Shown here one piece after another: positions 1-10,491 of a stretch of DNA of 24,515 bases. The stretch comes from Coniocarpon cinnabarinum (lineage: Eukaryota): the NCBI GenBank assembly GCA_051942205.1, contig JAVECO010000096.1, positions 62,001-86,515 of the forward strand, read 5' to 3'. Every line of letters begins with the position of its first letter. Within the stretch, counting starts at the first letter, position 1. The notes under the pieces were generated by a model. It did no database searches and was not told the DNA's origin. It was given only the letters and a program-made list of their open reading frames with translations. A program made the translations under genes and the position numbers.

Positions 1-2011
1 TCGTACTATTTGGAGCCGCGAAGTGGTACGTCCACGATCCATTCAAAGCGCTCGAGTAGTGCGCGCTGAAGTTGCCGATTGGTGACTGAAATCCAGCCTG
101 TACATCCGTGAGGTTGCCAGCCTGCGGTGCCATGAGCCACGTGCTGCCGTTAACGCTGATGGGTTGGATGCCCACGGCATAGCGACTGAGAATACCTGTG
201 GGACCTGTCGACCAGCCATGAGCGTGGGAGATCCGTGCATCGTTGGAGTAAGGCGCATAGTGGATCGAGCCATCGGTAGAGTACCCTTCAATGAAGGTAG
301 AGTTCGTCATGCATGGGTCATCAAGCATGAAGTCTCCCCACATGTACTCCATCAGACCAACAGCATACTCTGGCTTCCCAGCGGTGTAATACGCTTCCAA
401 CTCATATGCGCTGATGAACGGGCTCACGGTGTCACCTGCCTCGGGTGCGGGCGCTCCGACCGCTGTCCATCTCGAGTGTAGAGCCTCAGTGATGGCGTCT
501 ACTTGAGAAGAGTTGGCTGTCAAGTTCGCGAAGACAGCCCAGGAGTTGCCGTCCTGAGGATGGAGAAGAGCACCCTGCGCGGTGTCATTGTCTCGATAAA
601 GTCCAGCATAGGAGTCCCAGAGGAGAGCATTGGCTGCAGTTTTGATGCCAGTGGAATAGTTTTTCCAGCTCGGGACCAAGGCTGTGTCATTAAGAAAAGC
701 AGCGAGCTCACTTGCTAGCCCAAGAGTATTGTATAGGATGGCGTTAGCTTCGATGTTGTGACCGCCCATGCCAAATCGTAACCTAGAGTCAGCATGTCAG
801 CACAAATATCTCCCACAAAGTTTTCCTAAATAGCAAACCCACCAGTCATTTGGACTAGTCACGTTCTGAAGTCCAGTTTCGTCCACCAAGCTGAGTGAGT
901 AGTTGAGAGCTTTCTTTGTGCCCTCCCAATGACTCTGCAGAAATGCAGTATCGCCCGTGAAGATGAAGTAGTTGTATAGCCCGATTAAGCTGTAGAGGTG
1001 ATATGTGAAGGAGAAGCCTAGGCCAGTAGACGCAATTGGGAAGCCGGCGTACGGGAGTTGGCCGGAAGCATTTTGCAATGCAAACAAGGAATCCAGGCCG
1101 TTTCGCACTCCATTTAAGCTGTTGGTCGAGACGAACATGGTGGGGACCGCCACTGACATGTCGCCAGGCCAAACAATACGATCTCTCTTAGCACCGTCTG
1201 TCAAAGCATTTGTCCCATTGGTGATGGTTGCATTGAAAAACCAAAGCTGCAGCAGCTCGTTCTCTGGTATAGGATTGGTCTGGGTAAGAAACTGAGGAGA
1301 ATCAGCACACACGAACCTCATTAACAATGAAGAGGTTGGGTTGACAAAGCGTACCCAAATGGCGTCGCCAGCTGCTGGGTCGATTTCACAAAGCTGCGAT
1401 GTGTATGCTCCAGCATACCAGACTCGATTCAGAAGCTCGTTATTGGAGTCGAAGTATCCTGCATATTCGCCTAGGCCTTCGTCTGCTGCATCCGGGGCAC
1501 TGGTGAAATGAATGGAAGCTTCAGAGATACCAACTGAGCCCGTGGTATTGCTGATTATGCTCATGTATTTGAAAGCACCTCTTTGTTTCTCGGTAGGAGC
1601 AGTGTATACTCCAGGCTCTTGCGGCTGGAACCATAGCGGCTCATCAAGACCACGATCGCCAGTTGCATCACAAGCTTCGCCTGAGATCCACAGGGAGCTT
1701 TCGGTGAATGTCAGTCCTATGAACTGGCTGCTGTCGGAGACCGAGGAGACATTCAGAGAGACGATGCCCCCGACGTTCTTGCCAAAGTCATATGTCACGC
1801 CAACGGGTCCGTGAAAGGTAGTTGTGCCAGCTTCGATCGCGTTGGCAAGGAGCGCTTCAGGGTTCTGAGCTGTGCCATTGACGAATCTAATCGATTGAGG
1901 TAGTAATGTCCTCGAGGAAGGGGCAAGGTTGTACTGGGCCGGAGTGGCAAAACTTGTGGGAAGAAGAAAGCTGAGCAGGCCTAGGCCAGTACTGAACCTC
2001 AGCATTGTCAT
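1..2011 (-). CDS. Secreted alpha-L-rhamnosidase (glycoside hydrolase family 78), 3'-partial; exons 2011(or 2005)-1355, 1291-843, 782-<1
   Basis: Signal peptide (MLRFSTGLGLLSFLLPTSFA). GH78 motifs YDFGKNVGG, LLNRVWYAGAYT, LTDGAKRDRIVWPGD, SFTYHLY. Removing intron 783-842 (GTGGGT..GCTGAC..TAG) gives NDWLRFGMGGHNIEANAILY, and the frame stays open to position 1 through HPQDGNSWA, SPFISAYEL, TFIEGYSTDG and SHAHGWSTGPT. A 63-nt in-frame intron lies at 1292-1354 (GTACGC..GCTGAT..CAG). Confidence 0.93.
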
Positions 2012-2667
2012 TCTTGGGGCACTGCAAGAAGCGCTTTCGACCGCGTAAACGAGACATGATGGGCAGCATTTCAACCTCACTCAAGCAAGTGGATGGGCAT
2101 ATACCGCCGGTGAATGCCAGTGGGGGTTGGACGCATCCGCGACGACGTGCCGAACGGTAGAGGCCCGTCATTCAACCACATTCATCAATGCAGACAGGGA
2201 ACAGAACCCTCAACAGCGCGCTTTGATGGACAGCGAGATGATGAGCATGGCCGAAGCACGGTCGAGGTTGCGGAGAAGACGCGCCAAGCAAAGCCACCTC
2301 GGGTCGAGTCACGCCGAAGCTCGCTAGTCACGTGCAAATCCCCCAGCCGCGCGCAAGTCGTCCATTCTGTTGTTTTGGCCTCGTGCAAGTTCCTCTCTTC
2401 CAACTCGCCTACGAACAGTGGGTACTACAGGAATCCCTAGGCTGATATGTGAGGCCAATCTGCCGCCGCATGCGCCTGCCACGCGCAAGAGCTGGGAGGT
2501 CCAGACCGAACGTGACTCTTTTCAATTGATGGTCCCGATGGCGTGCTCGCGATGGTTACATACATGTACTTGTCCAAGGGCTCTTTCCCAGTGAAAGCCG
2601 GCGACTGGCCTTCTCAGACATCGCGTCACCGGCCAGCTGCAGAGAGTTCCCTTGACTGAATCTCGCG
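2012..2667. promoter_or_regulatory. Intergenic region between divergent genes (rhamnosidase and carbonic anhydrase) with possible CreA-type SYGGRG sites
   Basis: Head-to-head genes about 656 bp apart. GTGGGG at 2120, GCGGAG at 2270 and CCCCAG (reverse complement CTGGGG) at 2341 are short motifs that could be chance. Confidence 0.4.
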
Positions 2668-3282
2668 ATGGCGTCCACCAACGAGCAGAACCTTGTGGAG
2701 CAGAACGCCAAGTACGCGTCTGGTTTTCGGCATGGTGATTTAGCTCTTCCGCCTTCTGGAAAGCTCGCCGTTGGTATGAATCGCTGCCGTGCACTATGAG
2801 AGCAGCAGATGCTGAGCCTTCAGTGACCTGCATGGACGCCCGCATCGACACTGCTAGCGCATTTGTATGACTGACAGCAAGAGGTGCAGGTCTTCCTTCT
2901 GACCCATGAATTATACCAGGGCATCCCTTTGGGCGCCGCTCATGTCATTCGCAATGCGGGTGGCTCTGCCAAGGAGGCCTTGCGGAGCCTAATCATCTCG
3001 GAGCAGCTCCTCGGCACCAATGAGATTCACGTCATCAAACACACAGGATGTGGAATGCTTACCTTCCAAAACCAAGACGCTCGACTTGTCATTCAAAACA
3101 ATCTAGGTGTTCAAGCTGCCGCGGAAGTCTCTGACCTTGACTTTCTGCCCTTCCCCGAACTGAGCGAGGCAGTGAAAGACGACATAGCTTACCTCAGGTC
3201 ACAAAAGACGATCCCTAACACTGTCACTATTAGTGGATGGGTTTACGAAGTGGAAACCGGTAAGGTCGTGAAAATAGCTTGA
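2668..3282 (+). CDS. Beta-class carbonic anhydrase, short clade D-like type, about 169 aa; exons 2668-2773, 2824-2864, 2920-3282
   Basis: Spliced product MASTNEQNLVEQNAKYASGFRHGDLALPPSGKLAVVTCMDARIDTASAFGIPLGAAHVIRNAGG...HTGCGM...GWVYEVETGK. It has the Zn-binding C-x-D-x-R and H-x-x-C motifs. Both introns start GTATGA and end CAG (50 and 55 nt), and the frame closes correctly. Confidence 0.95.
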
Positions 3283-3738
3283 CCTTCGGTTATTGAAGAA
3301 CATCATTTCTTGGAATCATCATTTGCCACTTTCGAGAATGGGAGCTTTGGAAGCTTCGCTGTGGGAAATGTACCAACGCGTTGTGACTGGTCCATCGTCT
3401 GTGCATGCTTTTTTTATCTTTCAGACGAACGAAGCCCCGAAACAAGATGCTATCTCCGCTGGCTGAAATCACGGCAAGGGTCGTGGACAAAAGTCGTTGG
3501 TAGATTTCAATCTGCGCGCCGAGCGTGTATAATGCGAACAATTCGGATCAAAAAGCTATAGACACAGCGGCGAAAGCCCTTTGCGATTCAGAAGACGCTA
3601 GATCAAAGTGCGGCGAGTACTTCTCTACGAGGCCCTTGCGGGTTGCTGAATCTCCCTCCATTGCTCATACCTTTCAAATGTTGACTGCTGCCAAACTTTT
3701 AGCCAACCGTAGAAGGGGCGCACTCCTTCCTACTAAGC

Positions 3739-4839
3739 CTATGGTTTTTGGAATGCGTATGACATTAACCTGTCAGTCAAGACACCGGCAAGACATTCGT
3801 CCAGTTCTGGGCCGGTGACGAGGGGTATTATGTCATCAGCTTTGTACTCTTGCCGACACATAGGGCACTTTGTAGAGTTCAACAGCCACGGGAGCAGACA
3901 GTGTGCACAGAACTGATGACTACACTGCAGCGTAGGCGTCAAAGTATCTGGTTGAATGTCCTCGTAACATATTCCGCACGTTGCCTTGGGTGTGAGACAG
4001 TCCCGAGTGGCTGTGCCTGCTTCTGGCAACTTCTTAGAATCAGAACCTTGATCCGCGCGCGTACTGACGGGCGCCCGACAAAGATGGAATGCGCGTGCTC
4101 GGAGGACTTGAAAGATTGCCTCAGTCTTTGGAGCTAATTCATCCTCGTCAGTTCCCTGCGCGACGTCGCTCAAGGCTCGGACGGCGGCCTCTGTCGCAAG
4201 CTCAAGCAGCAGTTCGTGTATTTGACAGACGAAACGGTAGTCCGGATCGACGATGTCCTCAAAATAATCGTAGGCATCTGGCGGCTCATCAAGGTACTGA
4301 AAGCGATCATCAGGTAGAGGTACGAGGTCTTCCTGTCTCCCATGATGTGGGCGGCCTTCTGCATGCACAGAGGGAGATTGCGCCGGAGCTGAAGAGTCGG
4401 TGATCGGCCGTGGAAGGTTTAAAAGCGTCTTCCGATTGCACCAGGCAGAGAAGAGAATAGCGCCTGTGAGCATGCATTGCGGGCCCCATGATATCACGGG
4501 TAGATGTCGTTCACCCTCACTCGGTGTTATGAATCGAGTACGGTACGGGGCGTAGAATGAGCGAAGCTGAAATGGTGTGAATGGACGGCTGATGCGCCCC
4601 GGCAAGCACTCGACTGCGAGTGTGTTCCAGTCATCAGTGAGAGGCCCGATGAAGAGGCAAAGTAGCGTTGGCATCCAACCGATACTCCTGCCACTCACCG
4701 ACCAGTCGAGGAATCTCCAACAAGTTCGCTTCCAGCGATCAAAATGGCGCGTGCGGCGAAGATCCGTCAATGCTTCAAAGGCTTCAGTGCGGAGCTTGTT
4801 GTTGTACCGTCTTACATTCGAGTTGCGAGTGGACGACAT
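3739..4839 (-). CDS. RING-HC (C3HC4) finger protein, putative E3 ubiquitin ligase, 366 aa; N-terminal region unrecognised
   Basis: Long ATG-initiated ORF with C-terminal CGICYEDIQPDTLTPTLQCSHQFCAHCLLPWLLNSTKCPMCR = C-x2-C-x14-C-x-H-x2-C-x2-C-x10-C-x2-C plus the conserved Trp. The exact start is uncertain. Confidence 0.8.
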   Translation of the reverse strand: MSSTRNSNVRRYNNKLRTEAFEALTDLRRTRHFDRWKRTCWRFLDWSVSGRSIGWMPTLLCLFIGPLTDDWNTLAVECLPGRISRPFTPFQLRSFYAPYRTRFITPSEGERHLPVISWGPQCMLTGAILFSAWCNRKTLLNLPRPITDSSAPAQSPSVHAEGRPHHGRQEDLVPLPDDRFQYLDEPPDAYDYFEDIVDPDYRFVCQIHELLLELATEAAVRALSDVAQGTDEDELAPKTEAIFQVLRARAFHLCRAPVSTRADQGSDSKKLPEAGTATRDCLTPKATCGICYEDIQPDTLTPTLQCSHQFCAHCLLPWLLNSTKCPMCRQEYKADDIIPLVTGPELDECLAGVLTDRLMSYAFQKP

Positions 4840-5612
4840 TCTGAGTCTGAACGAGGACTGATTTTGGATAGAAAGGAATTGACTTTGTTGGCGGGTCCGT
4901 AACGAGGAAGAAAGGATCGCAACCCTACTGGATACTCTTTTGTAGCTGAGGTCCTGATGAACAGTGATTGCATTGTGTTATGAGTGCTATGTTTCCGTTG
5001 CCTAGAGAATCGAATCTGGAGCATTTGAGGCATTTCACCGCTCGCCACTTCTTGCCTCGCTTGCTTTGAGGTAGCACTTTACGCCTCAAGCGGCCATTCG
5101 CGGTCCCGGCCGGCCGAACACTGTTCAGTAGCAGGTAGACTGTGCTCACTTGTTTCCATCGCAACGTCCATGCTAAATGACATCCACTTCCACCTCGTCC
5201 TAACCGTCGCTAACGTCCTCGCACCTACACGTGCACAGGGTGAGCTCGCTAATGTATTTGCTCCAATCATGTGGCGACTAGAAGCAGAAGCATTAAAAGG
5301 CCTTAAAGGGCTGAGGAGTCATCTCGCTGCACGGCTTAGAACGGAGAGCGTGGAGCCTAAGAAAATTTCACAAACCTATCTAGTAAAAGGCTGACGAAAG
5401 TCTATACCCAATACCTCCACCTGTATCTTTGTGGACGATAGGTATGAGTCCAAACTCCTTCAGCATTCTTAACGTTCGCGAAAAGGCGCTGCCTCGATCA
5501 AGGACTGGGATAGTGCAGCAAATCACGACAACGTAACAAGCTTCAAAAAGCAGAGTACGACTCAACAAAAAGCAGACTTGAATACTCATTGAAGCATGGC
5601 TGTTGCCGTCAT

Positions 5613-5638
5613 CGATGATCGGAACCGATGATCGGAAC
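5613..5638. repeat. Perfect 13-bp tandem duplication (CGATGATCGGAAC x2)
   Basis: Read directly from the sequence. Confidence 0.85.
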
Positions 5639-6020
5639 CCATAACCATGGCAAAGATCTAGAAATCTCCTGACCTCCATCCAAACATTCGCGACTCAGTA
5701 CGTTGGCGAGTTTGCAGTAAACGAAGAGCAGCAGGGGGTTTCAAAGAACAATTTATTTCGTTCTGCCTAGAGAATGTGGCGCTATCTCCAGCGGTTGAAA
5801 CATGCTACCCAGCCGTGAGCAGCGTTGCATGTTCATGGGTGCGCTATGACCGGCTGGACATTCCATTCCAAAGCTCGTCTTGCGCCGTCACCTGCCTAAC
5901 AGGTAGACCGAAGTTGCTGATACATTCGCCAGCCTCATCGGCCAGTAGGCGAGGACTCACACGGTCGGAAGAAACCTCGTTGAGCGCTGTCTCCGATGTG
6001 AGCCTTCGCTTACAAGGCTC

Positions 6021-6471
6021 TCAAGCATTTCTGGGGAGTTCTGTGTCAAAAGGATACGCGGTTCCATCTTTAAAATATTTGATCAAGGTGATGCTGCGGT
6101 CACTGATGTCACTAAGTGAACTTCTTAGCCGAATGCATAGATCGATACAGCTTTCTGACTCACATCATAAGGAAAAAATCAACATTTGCATCGCATTTGC
6201 CAAGCAAATTGGCCTGAATTGGCCCGCGCACCAAGTTGAAGATATCTTCATCAGTCACTTGAGACAACTGGTCCCTAGTGATGTTGCCATGGTCATGTTT
6301 TGCGCCTCCAAAACGCTCTAGCAATTCTGCAGGTGCCCAGACATGAGCAGTATTGACGTATTTGTTGAGTGGCAAAAAAGCCCTGACGTGGACTTGCTGA
6401 CCGTTATATTCAATGGTGTCGACGATCACTTCGGTGCCACGAGAGGTGTCCTGTGGAGGTTCGCTATTCAT
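6021..6471 (-). CDS. Small hypothetical protein, about 132 aa; exons 6471-6164 and 6111-6021
   Basis: ORF MNSEPPQDTSRGTEVIVDTIEYNGQQVHVRAFLPL...VDFFLM stops just inside a canonical intron 6112-6163 (GTGAGT..GCTAAG..TAG, 52 nt). Splicing continues the frame as IDISDRSITLIKYFKDGTAYPFDTELPRNA*. No family recognised. Confidence 0.6.
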
Positions 6472-8360
6472 GATCACTCGAACTTTGTGCGTTGCGGTCA
6501 CGGGTAAAGTGGCAATTACAGCATATAGTGGATCGTAAGCGATTTGGTGGGCTGAAATGAGGTGCTAGATCTTTTTAAAAAGCCGGAATCGCAGAGCAGG
6601 CAAGCGAGGTTCAATAATGATTGATGCTTTAATCTCTGACGTAGGTTTGCAAACGCTATAGAAATGGGAGTCGTGGTGGCTACGTTTGCACGAGGCGCCT
6701 GGAAGTATCCAACAAACTTCTGATGCCGTGCGTCATTGAGTGACATGGCGGGCTGACTACGCAATGCAGAGCATGCGCTAGTGCACGGTTTCACTGGCTC
6801 GGATGGACTTGTCAAAGGTGACAGATGACCTCAGAGACTTGCACAGCGCTGATAACGATGAAGAGGAAGAATGATGTCGTTGACGTTCGCGCGAGGAATA
6901 CTCATCCTTTCCCGACGCCATAGCTTCGGGGCGAGCCTAATACCGGTCATCGTATGACTTGTAGCGGGTAGGACAAAGTTTTGAGATTGATTGCGCAAGA
7001 GAACAAGGGCAAAGCAATTTGTCGACTACCAAGCAAGGCGCGGCCGGGAATTAGGAACGCCTAGATTAATTGGCCGAGTCAGCTTACAGCCACATGCGTG
7101 GCCAGATTCTCCCACTCGCAGTAGAACTTACCAACGATTGAAGGATTCCGATGGTCTGCACAAAAGAGCCAAACTTGGCAGCGTAGCGAGCATCTCAGGC
7201 AGCGGCATCTGTTTCAAATTTTGTGACTTGTCCAATGCTTGGTTAAGTCGAGTGGCATCGCCTGGTGCTGATGAGCACGGGTGCGGCGCCAATGCCAATT
7301 TCGAAGGCTTCAAAGGTAGCCAGCGTCAGCAGTTGCGGCTTAAGACAAAGAACTTGCTCGAGTAAGTTTGAACTCTCAACAGCGACGACCTTCGGCAGCA
7401 CGCTCCGGCCTGAGAGCAACCGGGGACGCTGCTGTAGGTGACGCTATCGGTGAAAAGTATTGCGGTTCGCTCTGAATAAATGAGATGGTTTGGAATACCC
7501 TCTCTGGGCCTGAAAAGTTAGGCTACGGTGTTGATCTAAGCAACAAGCAATATGATATCGAGGTAGAAGACAAAGAGAGTTATACTGTAAGCACGAAGTC
7601 CGAGACGTATCGCGCGCTATACAGGACAAGTTTGAGGCTCGAGATGCTGAACCCTCTTGCCCTGCTTCAAACCTCTCGCATTGCGATATCAAGAGCAGTG
7701 GGAGAAATAGTTCTTTCACACGTGTCACACTGCGCAAACTAGCTAAGTTAGTGATCTTTATTGCATTCGGTGAATAGATGAGATACTGCTTCTCGCTACT
7801 GCACATGACGTCATTGAAAGGACAGCTTCAAACAGCTTAATTCGAAACGGATCTTCTCTCGGGAGGTATGTGTTTTGAAATTTGTCACGACCAGTGGCGA
7901 GATCTGCCGCGAGAGCTCGCCATGATGAGTGGATAGTCATTCTGCTGTCATTAGGTGTCAGCCCGCTATCAGGATCGGGGCCTGCCGAGGTGCACATGGT
8001 GGGCAAAAATGAGAGACGACGACAATGCAGGCCCATTTGCCTGCCATCCTTCAGTAATGGCATGATGAACCTCAAGCACTGTCTAAGAACTGTGTATGAA
8101 GCGATGCCAGTAGATCATAGATTTCGCCTGTTTCAGGACATGGCTGACGGAAGATTTTGCGACGCTGATGCCAAGGCGCGGCTGTCTGACTGTGTCACGC
8201 CTATCGTAGGTGTCTCATCATCTTATCCCGACAACTGTTCGAACCTCCAGATGGTGTCTCAAGAAGTCGTCTTAGAAGGTCGTGTGCTGTCGTGCCAACG
8301 TGTGGGCCCTTTCATGTAACCGTGTTCGTAGCGATTTGTGATTCTGCGGAGAACTCGTCA

Positions 8361-8367
8361 TATATAA
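8361..8367 (+). promoter_or_regulatory. Putative TATA box of the 8504 gene
   Basis: TATATAA about 140 bp upstream of the ATG, followed by a pyrimidine-rich leader. Confidence 0.45.
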
Positions 8368-8503
8368 GGCTATACGCCGGCATCTGCTATGAAGCGAATG
8401 GCGAGCCACAATCCGTTCATCTGCTCTTACATTGAACTACCCATCCCACTGACTTATCCTCCCGAACTTTCACATCGCAGCCCCTCGCGCAGCTCCGCTC
8501 AAG

Positions 8504-9532
8504 ATGCTGGGTCAGATGATTAAGGCGCAGCAAGCAGCGGAAGCCAGTCAAAGCCAGAGCCGTCCCAACGTATTCGTCCTGCTGGCCCAGAAAATCGAGC
8601 ATCCTTGGCCAGAGCATCTCTCTGAAAAGGCCAAGTTCATACTTGAAGATTACCAGGGCGTCCTACCTCAATGGAGTGACGCCTCCATGCGGCAGAAGTT
8701 CGTCCATGACGGAATGACCCGTGCGCGATGCAAGAGCGCCCATAAGATTGTCTGCCAAGGCCTTGGTGACTTAGCAGACATGCGCGAAAGCCAAAAGGAA
8801 TTCGAAAAAACCAGCAGCCTTTTAGGGGACAATCAAAAGCGCCGGCCGCCTGACTACTGGGACGCACTGTGGCAACTAGCGTTACTTGTAGACTTTGCGT
8901 TTGACCTTCTAAACGCTCATGAGGTCACACAAATCAGGATACCGATCCAATTCTACGATGGTCTCTTCACTGGTCCTACTGAAGAGGTCCTCAAGCATAT
9001 TTTCAGAAACAAGAGGTTCCACCTTACCATAGAAAGCAAGAACATAAAGGCTAGCGACGTAGTGGACCCTCAGACATTATGGTTCTCAGCCGGGTTGCCC
9101 CCTTCAGCCTGCCCCGAGGACTTTGAAGGGAATGCCGCCCCCATCATATTCACGACGTGTAAGTTTTACGGTCCATACGGTCTTCAGCTCGAACGCTAAT
9201 GATGTGTCTCAGTACTCGGGACAGTGGGTGTGCTTGAAGGGTCTGATGATTCCGAAGATTCCACTGGAGAACATGTCCAGGCGTCAAGGCTCCCGGGCGA
9301 TCGACAAGCGGAACACAATGTGGACGCGCTGAAGGCCAAAGTCGAGACTGATTACGATACTGTAGTGCCGGCACGAAACAAGCCTGAGGGAGCACGGACA
9401 CGAGAGGAGAAGCGTGCTTTTAAGAAGGCGGGGCTGTACTCGATCAAGGAAGGTAGCTCCAGCAAGGCCAAGGACCAATCGGCCGTGGCATCTGCTTCTA
9501 AAGCGCTCCCAATTGGCCTGAAGAAACGGTGA
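8504..9532 (+). CDS. Hypothetical protein with divergent SRR1-like domain, about 324 aa; exons 8504-9158 and 9213-9532
   Basis: Intron 9159-9212 (GTAAGT..GCTAAT..CAG) joins ORFs 8504-9199 and 9224-9532 in frame. Motif order KIVCQGLG...WQLALL...IQFYDGLFT..EEVL...VDPQTLWFS resembles the SRR1 pattern (ivClGLG, QlAll, yDPvFt..d..vL, tlfy). The gene model is firmer than the domain call. Confidence 0.65.
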
Positions 9533-10089
9533 AGGGCTGTGAGGCGGCTGCCTATGGTGTGTCGATTAAGTATGTCATGCCTTTTGTATCAGGAATACAA
9601 ACTCTTTTCGGTTGGCCATCACGACTTCATCTTCCTCCGTCGGTTGTGCGGGACGCAAGACGTTGTCAATGGAACGGAAACCGTCGCAGAGCCATGACAA
9701 CAAAATCTGCGAACGCGCATTGACACGCTTATTGAGGAAAAGACGAGTTCCTAGAATACATGAGTCGCCTGTTACATAGATAGGTAGGTAAGCGATTCTG
9801 AAGCGCCCAGCACAAGCGCTTTGGACCAAGGTATGGTACCAGAAATCGTGGCGCAAATACTGCAGCGCGAATACTATACTATTTCCATAACCCTCTAAGA
9901 TATTATCAAGAATTTTAAATTTATGATGAATTTCTTCAATAGATACAGGGCATACTTCTACTCGAGTGATCTAACTGTAGGATATTCTCCATAATAGTAT
10001 TCTTTTCATGCGACACAACCAGCCAACCTCGGACCGAGGGACTCGACACGTGCTCGATCGCGAAGTCAGATGTCGGACATCATAGCAGA

Positions 10090-10267
10090 ATGACTCATGA
10101 TTCATTACGTACCTACTGTGCCTCAACTCTTAGTAAGTCAGGTAGAGTCAAAGCAGCAGAGTAGTTCCTGGAAGCCATCTTAGGTACTGGAAATCTCGTG
10201 AGTTCCTTGTCAAATCGTTTCTGCATGAGGCGACGTAGCGGCGCACGCTGTGATAAGTCCTTGATAA
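10090..10267 (+). promoter_or_regulatory. Candidate nitrogen/amino-acid control sites upstream of the amidase
   Basis: ATGACTCAT (Gcn4/CpcA consensus) at 10090-10098 and paired TGATAA (AreA-type GATA) at 10251 and 10262. Confidence 0.4.
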
Positions 10268-10491
10268 CATTCGTGAGCATCGCGTCACATTCATGATTCG
10301 AACTGTCAATTCCGCGTATACACAGGCTGGTGATCTGAGTCTATAACGGGCAGTCGTAAAGCAGTTACACAGGCACACACTCAATAATCTTACGGAGTAG
10401 AACCTGATTACCTGCGTTGTTATACTGCCTTCCTCCGCCCAGCATCTTCTTTCGCACTCGTCCCCACAATCGCTTGGCTCTTGCAGCAAGC

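Noticed and set aside
43..1814. Short ORFs overlapping the rhamnosidase on either strand
   Set aside because: Shadow frames of a well-supported gene with no motifs of their own.
2012..2080. N-terminal extension MRLKCCPSC... of the 427-aa ORF
   Set aside because: It starts at a non-ATG codon upstream of the signal peptide. The ORF's C-terminal WVCYLGKLCGRYLC is also intron read-through.
3290..3818. Protein-like fragments between the CA and RING genes (e.g. DQKAIDTAAKALCDSEDARSKC, AYGFWNAYDINLSV)
   Set aside because: Interrupted by stops with no consistent splice model or recognisable family. A decayed gene cannot be excluded.
4840..6020. Several 60-180 aa ORFs upstream of the RING gene
   Set aside because: No motifs, several non-ATG starts and mutual overlaps; consistent with chance ORFs.
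7061..7131. Canonical-looking minus-strand intron (GTAAGT..GCTGAC..TAG)
   Set aside because: None of the three phases joins a long ATG-initiated frame. It could be a UTR or non-coding intron or a pseudogene remnant, but no gene can be supported.
7444..8319. ORFs of 85-145 aa on both strands
   Set aside because: No recognisable domains or convincing exon structure.
9860..10010. Locally AT-rich patch as a possible MITE or RIP relic
   Set aside because: No terminal repeats or TSD seen and CpA/TpG are retained; likely ordinary intergenic DNA.
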